Shown in pieces: positions 24,522-36,104 of a DNA stretch of 64,000 nt. Position 1 is the stretch's first letter. Each line of letters begins with the position of its first letter. The translations under genes were made by a program, and so were the position numbers. The notes below the pieces were generated by a model. It was given only the letters and a program-made list of their open reading frames with translations. It did not search any database and was not told the origin of the DNA. This DNA comes from Marsupella aquatica. Its lineage: Eukaryota; Plantae; Marchantiophyta. The stretch covers positions 27,676,307-27,740,306 of the forward strand of contig OZ316892.1 in the NCBI GenBank assembly GCA_973895155.1, in the 5' to 3' direction.

Positions 24522-27500
24522 TCCGCTCTGATTCTCCCAGAAAGTGTTTGTTTCAATTCAGCTCGTCTCCACTGCACTGAAGCCTCTGGAACCTCAGCCG
24601 GACTGCCCGCCTCACTGCATCGATGGATCGGCGGAAATGAATACTTGCGTGAAGGTTTCCTTGATGTCTTAATTCTTCAACATTTAAAGGGATTCAATAT
24701 ACAAACTTTGCTAGCTTGGGCAGCGCGATCTTCTTTTACACCCGCCCTCCGTATCCTCGGCATGCGAATCCCAACAAATCAGATGTGAGCCTATTAGAGA
24801 TGGCTCCCTTGAGGAATGTTGGAGACTTGTCGGGCATAAGTCAGTGATTTTGTCGGCTGAGAGGGTTGATGGTGGTGGATCTCTCCACATTACTTTGGAT
24901 CGTTCGACTTGTAGCCTGTTCCTTCTGTGAACCTGAGTTGGATTAGCGGGAGGATTTTCGGCTCATCTTCGATCTGGATCATCACGGGCTATGTCCCGCA
25001 TGGGGTCCATTTGGGGACTTTTGAGTGAGCATGTCATGATGCTTTGCCACAGTTCGAGTGTGGTACAGTCGTCAAAGGTGAGCTCTCCCTACAGTAGGAA
25101 TGTTCTCAAGTTCTGTTGTGGGAAGCTAGTGGTTGCGACCTTGCACGCAAAAGTTGTGTTTGTCTTCGTTCCGTCTGCAACCGACTTTGGCTGTCGGTGC
25201 ATTACCTCTAATCTCAGTTGTTGTTTTTACCGACAGGTCTGATCGAATTGCTTCTACCCGGGACTTGGTTCGGGCAAAATGGAGTAGTCCTAGACTTGCC
25301 GGAACATAATCATGTTCATTGATGAGTCGGAGTGACCGTAAGGTCTCATTTTCAAATAGGAAATGAATGAAGTAAACCAAGATGAGAGATGCTTTGGGGA
25401 ATTGAAACGCCTTAGTACTGTTCAGCATTGTGCCAAATTTGGTGTACGTGGGCCTGCTATATAGCGGTCCACAGTGCTGGGAGAGACCCAGACCATCGTT
25501 CAAACTGTTTGCCAAATGAATCTTTCACACGCCAGATGATTGTCCACCACACCGGGAGAGGCTTCTTTAGATTTTGACCGGCATGGTCCTTTTTACTTTA
25601 TGCAGGACCGCAAATGTACCTTGTTTTATAGTATTCTTTACCTTGGATCACTTGTCACGATGCGGAGGTACGTGGGATATGCTTCCGTACTCAGTCTGTG
25701 TCTAATCGAGGCTGTCTCGATTTCCAATAATTGCTTTCATCTCGCCGAAGAATCATTCCAGAATTTCCCAGAAGATAATATAAACAATGAGTATCTTGTG
25801 AACCAAGTTTTCGGATCGACATGTGCCTATCTGATCACGCTCTTTGAATGACTGGTTCAAGATTGTTGATCCTTGTCCCATGCCGTCGGACCTAACGACC
25901 AGGAGCGGACATAGTGCGATCGATCGTTCTCATCTTATTATCGCTTCGACGACATCGCATGGTTTAGTGCCCTTGCGGCCTTTTCTGGTCTAATTAATGT
26001 ACCGCGTGGAGAGTCTGATTGGCCTGTTATGGATATCAGTACCACGTTACAGTCGTGGAGGATTGCCTATATGAGGCAGACGATAGTTGGCGAGCAGCAG
26101 CCGTGTCTTTGTTTGGGTGGAGTGTTTTGACTGGTTGGCGATCCTGTTGCTCTCTTGTGCCTAAAGTGGAACTTGCTCCACTTTGGAAGAATGGCAGGAC
26201 TGACAATCTGGGAGAGCGCGAAGTTTTTCCTCTATTATAAGTCCAGTCGACTAATTATAATTCGGTCAGACTGCGCTGTACGCCGGGCAATAGCTTGTCG
26301 TGACGGAGTTGAGCATGCCAATGCTATTCATTGTGTACCCAATGCCTCATGTTAGTCTTAATTCGCAACATTTCTAGTTTGTCAAGAACCACCTTGCTGA
26401 GTGTGCTTGAAATCTCAACGCGAAGTACAATAGGATCAATATATCCCTAGACAAGTCGGATATATTGATGGACCATACTAACTTCACAAGGTCGAATCAT
26501 CACCTCCGTATGGCCATGCCGCTGATCCAGATTAGATAGTCTGAAGGCCACAGATGGATTGGTATGTACATTTGGAGTGCAAGAATCTTTTTGAGGTCAG
26601 TTAAAACGTACACCGAAGATGGCCTGCCTTTGTACAGATCCTGCTCTTAAGTCCACGATAAACACATGACAAGTAGGGAAACTGACGTAAAGCATCTCGT
26701 GCCATCTCGTGAATCGAAGCGTAGGAAAACGAGAAGGTAGAAAGTTGAGCCAGGGAAAGCTTTTGTCAGTCTGCAACAACTCCCAACGCCTTGTCTAGTG
26801 CAAGAGGTGTCTTTCGTACCTAGTGGCCATCACCTCCGCCGAAGAGATTGCTGTCATTTGCCTGGGCTTCCAAAAGGTGCATTGCTTCTCCCGTATCCTT
26901 GGAGACAATGGTATGTCAGCCTACTGTATCTGTGGGTAGGATATTGGAGGTGTCTTCGTCGTATCCCTCAACTATGAATGGGGGCCCGGCATACACTTTC
27001 CGAAGCGGAGCAAGAGAATGTCGTCATCATTCAACTGTTGTCGAGAAGCTAAACACAAAACAATGCGTTCGTTTTTCTAATCAGCTCGATCCAACCATGT
27101 GGGAAGTAGTGGTTTGTCAGACTTCCAACACTGTACTGTAAAGGTGGACTCATGGTGACTCGCCACTGCCTATGAGTTCGGCACCTGAACAGAGTTCCAC
27201 TAAAGGCACAAGAGGAGAGCAACAGGTGCTTTCGTTTTGATAGCATGTCCTTCTGCAGGTAGTTCAATATAATCATGCCGCTTAGAATCGCCTCCAAGTT
27301 CGAGGGAGACAATTGCCTTTTCTGACCTCATCCCTGCAGCCGGACGAATCATGGGTAAGGTCCTTGTGGTGACTGTTCTCTATGTCAGGGGTTGGGCGGC
27401 GAGTTACTCACAATAGTCTTCAAGGTCGCTTTCAATCACGTGATTTGTAGCTTCAATGAAAGTGAACACTCTCCCCCGCGACATGACCTACTGATCAAGC

Positions 27501-28401
27501 TCATCGATCTCTTAACGTGACATTTTTCTTCATAGGAGAATTCAACTTTCATAATTGCACATGAACAAGTACGACGAACCTGAAGTTTCTCACCAATGTC
27601 GCACAATCATGACCATAAAAGATATGTCGAAAGCGTTGGAATGATAAGTGCGACATGTTAGAACGGCTAAGGACTGGACAATCTTGCTAACAATTGCGTT
27701 CTCATAGGTCGACACTAAGCTTGAAGATGTCAACTATTCTGATGTACCCATTTAACTGTGAGCAACACGTCCCGAATTTCTATCATGTAGCACCTCAATT
27801 TCACGCCTGCACTTCCAATCTGTCCGAACATCATTTCGCAGACGTCACACAGTTAAAGCCTCGAGAGGTGGGATCCAGACGTGATCGAGTTGGAACCGTA
27901 GTTTCTGTTGCCTTGATTTTCTATTAAATCCATTCATGAAACAGTGTTTACTTTTATCGAGAAAGGGTATGCGCAAGTGGGGGCAATGCGAATTGTAAAC
28001 GGATTTCAAGATTATCTTTGCTTCCACTGACAATTGAACAAACGAACACTTTTGCAAAACTGAGAGTGACATGCTTGTTCATTGTGGGAGACGAAACGTT
28101 CCACGACGTCATTTACGTTGTCGTCCCTGGTCTGGATAAGACCGCCGAACGCAGAGCACTTGCAAATGGATAGAAACGGCCAGGTGCGGAACTATTGCAT
28201 TAATTAAACCAATTTAAGCATTCAAGGAACCCAAAGTGACGTCGACACGGGTTTTCTTAGCTTTACCCGCTCTACATCCCCTATAGATGGGAGCTGCCCA
28301 TCAAGCTGATGTACATTACCGGAGGTGGAAAATTGACGTCCTATCAGTAACATTTGCGGACTTTCAGGACTCACAATACCTGTTCTGCAAACCTTTCATA
28401 C

Positions 28402-29195
28402 GAAGGTCACTGCGGTGCTGACGTGACTCTTCTCTCAACCCCTTCACCACTCATCAGATTGGCTGCTGCGGCCGGCCAGTCGGTCAAATTGGAAATGGTC
28501 AAATAAATCAGAACTTGCCACGGCCGTGCCAAGGGTAGATCCCTCACTGTCTTGTAGAATGTCCCTGTCCCGATTCTACAAGACAGTGAACTCCGTGGCC
28601 ATTGACCAATGAGGGGCTGGAGCACTGGAGTTATCTAGTGTGAAGTCCAACCCAGAGAACTGTTTACTACTAGCTAGCTCCGTTCCATGTTAGAGCTCAC
28701 GACATGCCGAGTCATTCTGGGTGAATCTTAATAAAGGGCTTTGAGATGAAGGTCACTGATGTGGTGACGTGCTGACCACATCTGTAAACCATTTCACTAC
28801 TCGTCAGATTGATTGATGCGGCCGTCTAGTCATACAAACTTGACCAGCAGATTCGGAAACGGTCATTAGTTTGCATCAGACGTTGCATTGCCAAGGCCGT
28901 GCCTTGGGGTAGACCCTTCCCTGAATGATCCCCGGCCGATGAGGTGACTCTCCATGGCCAGAGCAAGGGACTAGAAGTGGGATATTCCGGACTCTGGCCG
29001 TCCCTTGCTCTCTAGGGAATATTCCGGGCTCTGGCCGTCCCTTGCTCTCTAGAAGTGGGATATTCCAACCGAGAGTACCGTTTAGTGCTAGGCATAAGGC
29101 AGACGCTTTGCATGTTAGAGCTCACGACATGAGGAGTCACTGTGGGTGTAATCTATACTCTCAGGGCTTTCGCACAACTTCACTACGTCATTCTA
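28402..29195. repeat. Degenerate ~350-420-bp tandem duplication (2-3 units)
   Basis: GAAGGTCACTG...TCAGATTG...GCGGCCG...GGCCGTGCC...GGTAGA recurs at about 28402 and 28748. CATGTTAGAGCTCACGACATG recurs at about 28687 and 29111. Confidence 0.7.
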
Positions 29196-30771
29196 ATGAA
29201 AGTGAGCCTGCCAAGGACGAGGATTAACTAGTCCTCATGCAGGACTTCCAAGACAATGGGAGCAAATGGCATGATTGCGTCCGGAGGGTGCCAGCAGCAG
29301 TCGGTGAGATGTGGGGTGAGGTACCGGACAGTGAGGAGAGGAGAGCAGGACAGTAAAGTCCAGGTTGTCGTTGTGCACCCTCCCTGCATCGCTCCTCTCA
29401 CTCGATGTGACAGGGGTTCATAATTCCTTTCGGCGGAAGAAAAGAAATTGAGTTGTATTGAAAACGACATGATCGTCATGCGTGGCAAATAAAAGAGATA
29501 CTTGTGATACCGTATAAAGACTCTCATCCACACTCGGAGACAAATCCTGACACGAATTCACAAAATCGGGGAGCATTTCTCGAATAGCGAAAGTCCTGAT
29601 CGGTACCTCCAGGTTCCCTAGTTGCCCCACATCGCCAAGACTACTGTACAAGGGGTCTGGGTCAATTTCGTCCAAACTCCAAATTTCTACGATAAACCTG
29701 GTGGACATGTGCATTTGTTGTACGTCTGCACCTTCTCGATATCATGCTCTCCCCTTGCGAGCTGCCCCAATGTATGCCACGCTGTGATTATGTTGGATTT
29801 TTCCAAGAAATTGTAACACTGGAGTAGCTACTGTCGATAGAAATGGCCAGGCAGCTGAGTCTAGCTACCGGTAATGACCTCGAGCTAGATATATTTGTTT
29901 CAGAGTCAAACAAGGAGCACATAAAGTTGCTTGACATGACAAACCGATAGACTCGGAAGGACATCATGCATCTTGGGCCTGCGTGGCTCATGGCATGGCT
30001 CCGGCAGTTTTGGGGCGAGCTTGAGATAGACTAGAGAGTTTTGACCTTCACAAATCACAAGAGCCAGCCGTGTTTCCACTGGCTCTGTGAAGTCTGCTAA
30101 GGACATCGAGTTAAGGAGGGGCACACGAACTCAGGATTTCGTTGTGTTCTCCAGTATGTACGTGTGTGTTTCTCATCTGCCCAAAGTGCACATTGTGATG
30201 CTCCTTCAACTTAAATGCACGTTCAGACATATAAATGTTGCTCGAACAGCTACTGTTAAGGTTCAGTTACTGTCTCAAGGAAGAGGACAGGCACTCAACG
30301 AGGATGCAGCTGCCAACTGCTCCAACTTGCAAACCATTCATTCAGGAATCCTGTTTCGTTATCGATTTCCACCATCTTTTCTGGGACATCAAGAGAACTC
30401 ATTCATGCACTCGTGAATTTCTGACAGACGCATAAATTCGAACTAATTTCAGTCATCTTCTAACTGAAGTTGAGGGGGACATGAAAGTCCATTCATTCCT
30501 GAAAATCTGTGTAACTAATTGAACTCTTTTCAAAACAAGTACAGTAACCTGTTGAAAAGTAAAATCACTGGACATGTATATCAAAGTGTGATGTAAATTG
30601 CATGATATTCTTGAGATGAAGTAAATGTGGCTTAGACGAACAAATGAATGGTAAGCCAGACAGCACCACCTGCGGGCAAGACAGCCTGGTAATTAAAGTG
30701 TCAATGCTCCATATGGCCATTTATATATACCAAATAACTCAGGTTCACGAGAATATCATAATTGCTTAATT

Positions 30772-30919
30772 AACATGAAGTCATACTCCAGACCTTTAGT
30801 CATTTTCAGATCTGAGGTCACTCAATTCTAGTCTACTCCATCACCAAAGTGGGAAACATGAAGTCATACTCCAGATCGTGAGTCATTTTCGGATCTGAGG
30901 TCACTCAATTCTAGTCTAG
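30772..30919. repeat. ~84-bp tandem duplication
   Basis: AACATGAAGTCATACTCCAGA...GATCTGAGGTCACTCAATTCTAGTCTA occurs twice. Confidence 0.85.
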
Positions 30920-31852
30920 CCGTGAATCCTAAAGTTGATTATACATCAAGCGCGTGTCCCTTATAACTCGGTTCCAGGTTGTACCAAATCGTGTTGCCGC
31001 TCGACTGGGACCAAGATGAATCCCTGTCGTTGTGTACCCTCCCTGCATCGCTCCTCTCACTCAATGTGACAGGGATTCAGTCCAAGAACTGTTTGATGTG
31101 TTCAGGCAATCAGTCCAGACCCCTAACAATAGAGATCCTAAAATTCTTACAAAGACATCCTTTCCCACATTAAAACACTCAAAAAAATGAGCTGAAACAA
31201 TATTATCCAGCATCAAAATCGCAGACTTATTAACTTTGTCTTCAAGTCCAAGTTATCCATGACATGGACTGTCAATAAACCTTGACAAAGCACCCACAAT
31301 CCAAAGAGACTGAGAAAATAAATTGTCTTATTGGAGCTCTCATTATACCCCTCTGAAGCCTCCCTTTCTCCATTGCCAGCCATCTACTTCTATAATATGT
31401 GACCCCACCCACCCCCACAAGGCAGGCATGATCTATTCACAAAATCAAAAGAGGCACAAATAATTACCTATCGCCAGATTCATCCTTGGGAATTTCTAAA
31501 CGAACAGGTTCTTTAAAAGGGGCATCAAAACAAAGCATGAAGACTTTTGAAAACTCATGAGAAACTCTAGCCATTGGATTTGATGAGTGATTTGATGAGT
31601 GTTGGGTAACACGCATTTGGATTGTTCAGATTAACCGCTGTTTGGGAAGAGAAACTTGGGGTTGCAAGTTTACAGGCAATGCACTAAAGTGTTTCCTATC
31701 CAGATTGCCTCTATATAATTTTGGGAGGCCTGCATTTGGTGTTTACGGACAGAGTATATCGACGCCCATGCCAGCATAGACTATGTACACACTAACGATC
31801 AAGGGACTATATCCGGGGGCAGCTGGTGTGGACCACCCTCCTGGGTACCTGT

Positions 31853-32068
31853 TTGCCCGTGGCTGTGAATGAGTTGTTGCTGGCGGCCAAAAACCAGGCC
31901 ATTGCAAATATTGAGACCCTTCAGTAGATATAACACTTTTGCAAACTAAATTTGATGGACAGAGTAAGTCAGGCCCGGTTGCCCGTGGCCCGGAGTGAGT
32001 TGTTGCGGGCAGCCAAAAACCCAGCCATTGCGAATATTGAGACCCTTAACAGATGTAACACTTTTGTA
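31853..32068. repeat. ~125-bp imperfect duplication
   Basis: TTGCCCGTGGC...GAGTTGTTGC...CCAAAAACC..GCCATTGC.AATATTGAGACCCTT occurs twice. Confidence 0.75.
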
Positions 32069-32505
32069 ATCTAAAATAACAAAGCCGCAACATATGACCA
32101 TGATATTATTCAAGTTGGATCCCTCTATATTCCTGATCAGAGCTAATTTTCGTGTTCCAAGGTCGTGAGGAAACTGGACCATCGAGGTACTTAAAGGAGA
32201 GTAACTTCATCAATGAAATCCTTTGGAGGAAAAAGACTGAGTAACTCAAACAGCATGTCCTGCAAATATGCAATTGATCTATTAGAATTAAGGCCCATAA
32301 ACTGTTGGCTCCATAGATGCACAAAAGCGTGGACATGAGAACAAGAGACTCAAAGATTACACAATTGGAATATGCAGAAGTGTGAATTTCATATTGCCCG
32401 AAACAAAGCCAGAGCGGAATTTATACGAGACTCGGGATGGACCTCGGTCCTTGTCCCACCATTGTCCCACAGCAGCCATGTGGCAACGGTAAAAGACAAA
32501 CAAAG

Positions 32506-32949
32506 TGGCTTACTATAAGAATGTCACTACTGTACGTAAACTGCGGACTAAACAACACCTGGGAAATAGGGGGCTTACTGTAATGTCACTACTGTATGTA
32601 AACTGTGGACTAATCAACACCTGGAAAAATGGGGCTTACTGTAATGTCACTCCTCTATGTAAACTGCGGACTAACCAACACCTGGAAAATGGGGCTTACT
32701 GTAATGTCACTCCTCTATGTAAACTGCGGACTAACCAACACCTGGAAAATGGGGCTTACTGTAATGTCACTCCTCTATGTAAACTGCGGACTAACCAACA
32801 CCTGGAAATGTTTTGACGAGCAAATGGCTTACTGTAAGAATGTCACTACTGTATGTAAACTGCGGACTAACTGACACCTGGAAAACAGGGGCTTACTGTA
32901 ATGTCACTACTGTATGTAAACTGCTGACTAACCGACACCTGGAAAATGG
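32506..32949. repeat. 60-bp minisatellite x ~7, just downstream of gene A
   Basis: Unit GGCTTACTGTAATGTCACT(C/A)CT(C/G)TATGTAAACTGCGGACTAACCAACACCTGGAAAATGG. Confidence 0.95.
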
Positions 32950-33317
32950 TAATAAGTTTTGACGAACTTTCACAGTAGCCTTCTGTCACTCTATCCCCTC
33001 AACTCGTTCTCGGACACCAAAGTATTGTGCTTGCTATTGCTTGTTGCTTGCGAGCTATTGCATCATTCCCCTCCAAATCTGGCATGCTTCATCGTTTCGA
33101 CTTGCGCACTCTGCCGATCTGAAGCCTGAGCAGTCCCATACTATTCAATCAACTGGTCAAGCAATTATTTGGCTGTTCGATCGATGAAATCCACCTCCTA
33201 AGTCAAATTACACGACAATTTTGTTCCATGGCGTGAGCCAGTGGAGTCGCGTAACGAAAAGCCAGACCTGTTTGCAGATTTTGACCTTCCAACGCGTTTA
33301 TTCAGTGCACATCTTCA

Positions 33318-34792
33318 CTACATGATACTGCACAAGGGTGATTGACATAAGCTTTGATCTAACGCTAACGTTATCTCTGCCAATGGAACTTGAAACTTAT
33401 TTGAAGCGACAGCAACAGCTTGGTCATTAGAGTGGAAAGAGAACAGTCGTGGGTCCGCTGGCTCCATAATAATCATGAAGACCAGAAGCTTCCACATTGT
33501 TGGCAGGCTGCCCAGAGTCCTTAGCCTGGTGTAATGAAGGCTCAATGGGTAGGAAACTCCAAAGTAATCTCTCCCTGCGTCGCTACGTCGGCAAGAAGGA
33601 TCCAGACCAGACTTGAGAATAGCATCCATGACAGCGTGGTTTGTGCCATGGAACACCATTTTGACTCCTAGTTGCTCGACGGATTTGAACGCCGTTACAT
33701 CGGCGTCATCTGCAGCACTTTCGAGTAGCAGCTCTAGACAAGCAGTAAAAATGTTAGAATGAGAATGTGCTTGGTTGGCCAAACTTTAACCAAATTTTAG
33801 AAGTACATTGACCAACCTTTTTAGAAGAGATGCATCCAAACTCCTAGCGACGCAAAGCGGATCGAGGAAATAACGATAGCTGAGCAAGTAGTTCAGGATT
33901 TTCAACCGCTATACAACTCTCTAGCACCTCGACATATCTCTCCAGCATGTCATGCAGGGCTTCCGTATCGAAAACAAAGAGGTTCTGTAACACATAATTG
34001 AGTGAGGCCACACATTTTGGTTCAAAGTAGACAATTTCTGCAATCATTCCGAGGTAGAGCGCAAGCTTGCAGGGAGCCTGGTTGCCAAATTTCGATGTCC
34101 TAGTACGTACTGAGACAATGCCAACTAGTAAGAACATGAGTCTTTCCGGGATATTGCCCATTACCAAACAGCTTCTCTCCGGTAGGAGTGCTGCCATCTG
34201 TAACGGCATGAAGAGATTTCATGAAGTTTTCGTATGGGGCATGTCCACTCCGGAGATATGGATTCTGTCGTATTGTGCAATTCGGCAATCCTTTCGCTGC
34301 CAGGACCTTCCTCAAAGTCGGGGTGCTGCGGATTCGATCCAACGCCATGACGAGTACCTGTTTTAAATTGCAAGAAGCAAAACTTAAGATAGGAGGTGCA
34401 CACAGCATGCCTCGGGACGAATCGGTACAACAAATTAAGCGCCAACAACCTCGATCATACAAATTCATTCAAAAATTTGTACATACCCGACGTCGAAGAC
34501 CCTCATCATTTGCTTTGACCACAATGTTGAAAAAGCTCCTTGCATCCCACGGGAACTCTATGATAATATCCAATTCTTTAGGTTGGAGTATAATGAAACC
34601 TCTCTCCTTCATTCTCTCCCGATCAGCTCTGGTAATCACCCGCGGTTCTGTAGGATTTTCGCCTCTTGAGACTTCATCGAGTATTTTCTCCAGAAGGTCC
34701 AACTTCTGGAGAGAGTGGAGTATGCCTTCTTTGTCCTTGTGGTAGACACGGACATGAGAACGCAAGGAAGTCCGTGCAGGCCGGGGAACCAT
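33318..34792 (-). CDS. Gene A: divergent PARP-like (ARTD-fold) putative mono-ADP-ribosyltransferase, ~304 aa; proposed exons 34792-34487, 34357-34165, 33733-33318
   Basis: The last exon has KMVFHGT..AVMDAILKSGLD, DYFG, SLHY, LLVFMI and QVPLAEITL, in the order of PARP catalytic-domain motifs. The proposed GT-AG introns (phase 0, phase 1) give an open frame. Exon 1 length (306 nt) and intron 1 position are identical in paralog A'. The intron 2 boundaries are less certain. Confidence 0.72.
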
Positions 34793-36104
34793 TTCGCTTA
34801 GTGAATTGAGACTGACGGTACGTGGAAGTTCCAGACGTTCAATTCATGATCAGTCAGCGAGCAAGCTCGTTTTCAGAGCTAACTTGAAGCGAGCGTTGTG
34901 TCTGCGTAGCTTCCGCAACGATATGTATAAACCCTGATCGATGCCTGGAGTACACACACCAGGCACCTCCTTTCGATCTCGAGCGATCTGTCTCTGCTAC
35001 AGCTCTTTCGGTACAAAAGCTCGTTCGATACTCAAACCTCCCAGGAGCTGTGAGCTTTTCGGAAACAAATTGAAGGTGTACGCGCACGCATGCTACTGTA
35101 GGAGAGGACTGGAAACAAGTAAATGATCGAAATCAAGGTGCGTGTGTCGTACGCGATGCTCCTCATGCCTGGAGAAACCAGTATGGGCGTGGAATGGGAT
35201 GTCTACCGCCTCCTGGCCTCCATAACTCGTCGGGAGAACTAACTAATAATAGATTCTCCTGCTGCACCGCCCTCTACGTCTAACTGGGTTCCCAAACATT
35301 CTAGAAGATCAGAGGACAGGGAGTACCGTAGAGTACAAGATCACTGCCACATTTCATGAAGCTCCTCCGCTTCCGTCGTCAATTCTGCTCCAAGTTTTAT
35401 CCTCTAGGCTGCTGCTGCTTTATGATACGTTATGGCGTTGAGGGCAACCCAATCAATCGTCCTGCAGGGTTATTCTGCTTGAGAAGCGGAGGAGTTTGGA
35501 CGGACGATAGGAATCGGACCCAGTACTCGACCATCCTTCCATCAGCAGGTGGTGTTCTCGGCTAGTAGGACAAGCGAGGACACTACACTCGTCTATTATA
35601 GAAATAGATGGTCGTCAGTGTTCGAGTAGAAGCAGGAGCAGCCAATGGGTATTAGAGCTTAGATTACGACTCGCGTGACATAGCTTCAACAAAGATTCCA
35701 TGCCTGTGTTTCTGCGTCCAGATGACGTGAAGGCTCTCATCGATCTTGAACCGTAGTAATTGACGAATGTTCTCGGGTCTTGGTCGCGTGCAGAATCCTA
35801 TTTGACGAGAGCCTTTGCGGTAGAAGCGATTCTTGGAAAGAGAGAGAGTCTGCCATCCCCAAGACGGCAAGCTTCTCTGAGCTAGTTCGCTGCTCAATTT
35901 ACAGGGTTCACACTGAGAGAACGCTTGAAAGTTCCCTGCTCCATAGGAATCTCGTTTCGGGCCTGTACACTACATTTTGGATCTCTTCAGCGATTGCCTG
36001 AAGTAGATCGTGGACGGGAGGTGGCAATTGTCAGTGGCAATATATGTATAGATCAAGAGAAATTGACAGTAGCTATCGCCTTTTTAAGGTCATTTATATC
36101 GATC
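34793..36104. promoter_or_regulatory. Divergent intergenic region, candidate bidirectional promoter for genes A and B
   Basis: Start codons at 34792 (-) and 36105 (+) face away from each other. Blocks such as TTCGGAAACAAATTGAAGGTGT are shared with the region upstream of A' (about 60258). Confidence 0.5.

Noticed and set aside
25100-28100. Possible decayed gene or retroelement on the minus strand
   Set aside because: Only short, stop-interrupted frames with no motif I can recognise.
33844-34209. 121-aa ORF as an extra exon of gene A or a separate gene
   Set aside because: It ends in a stop before any usable donor. Direct phase-1 splicing from 34165 to 33733 gives an open frame matching gene B's intron pattern. 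Treated as intron, though RNA data are needed.
34221-34745. Plus-strand 174-aa ORF conserved with 59356-60060
   Set aside because: It is the antisense shadow of genes A and A'; splice sites and start codon support the minus strand.
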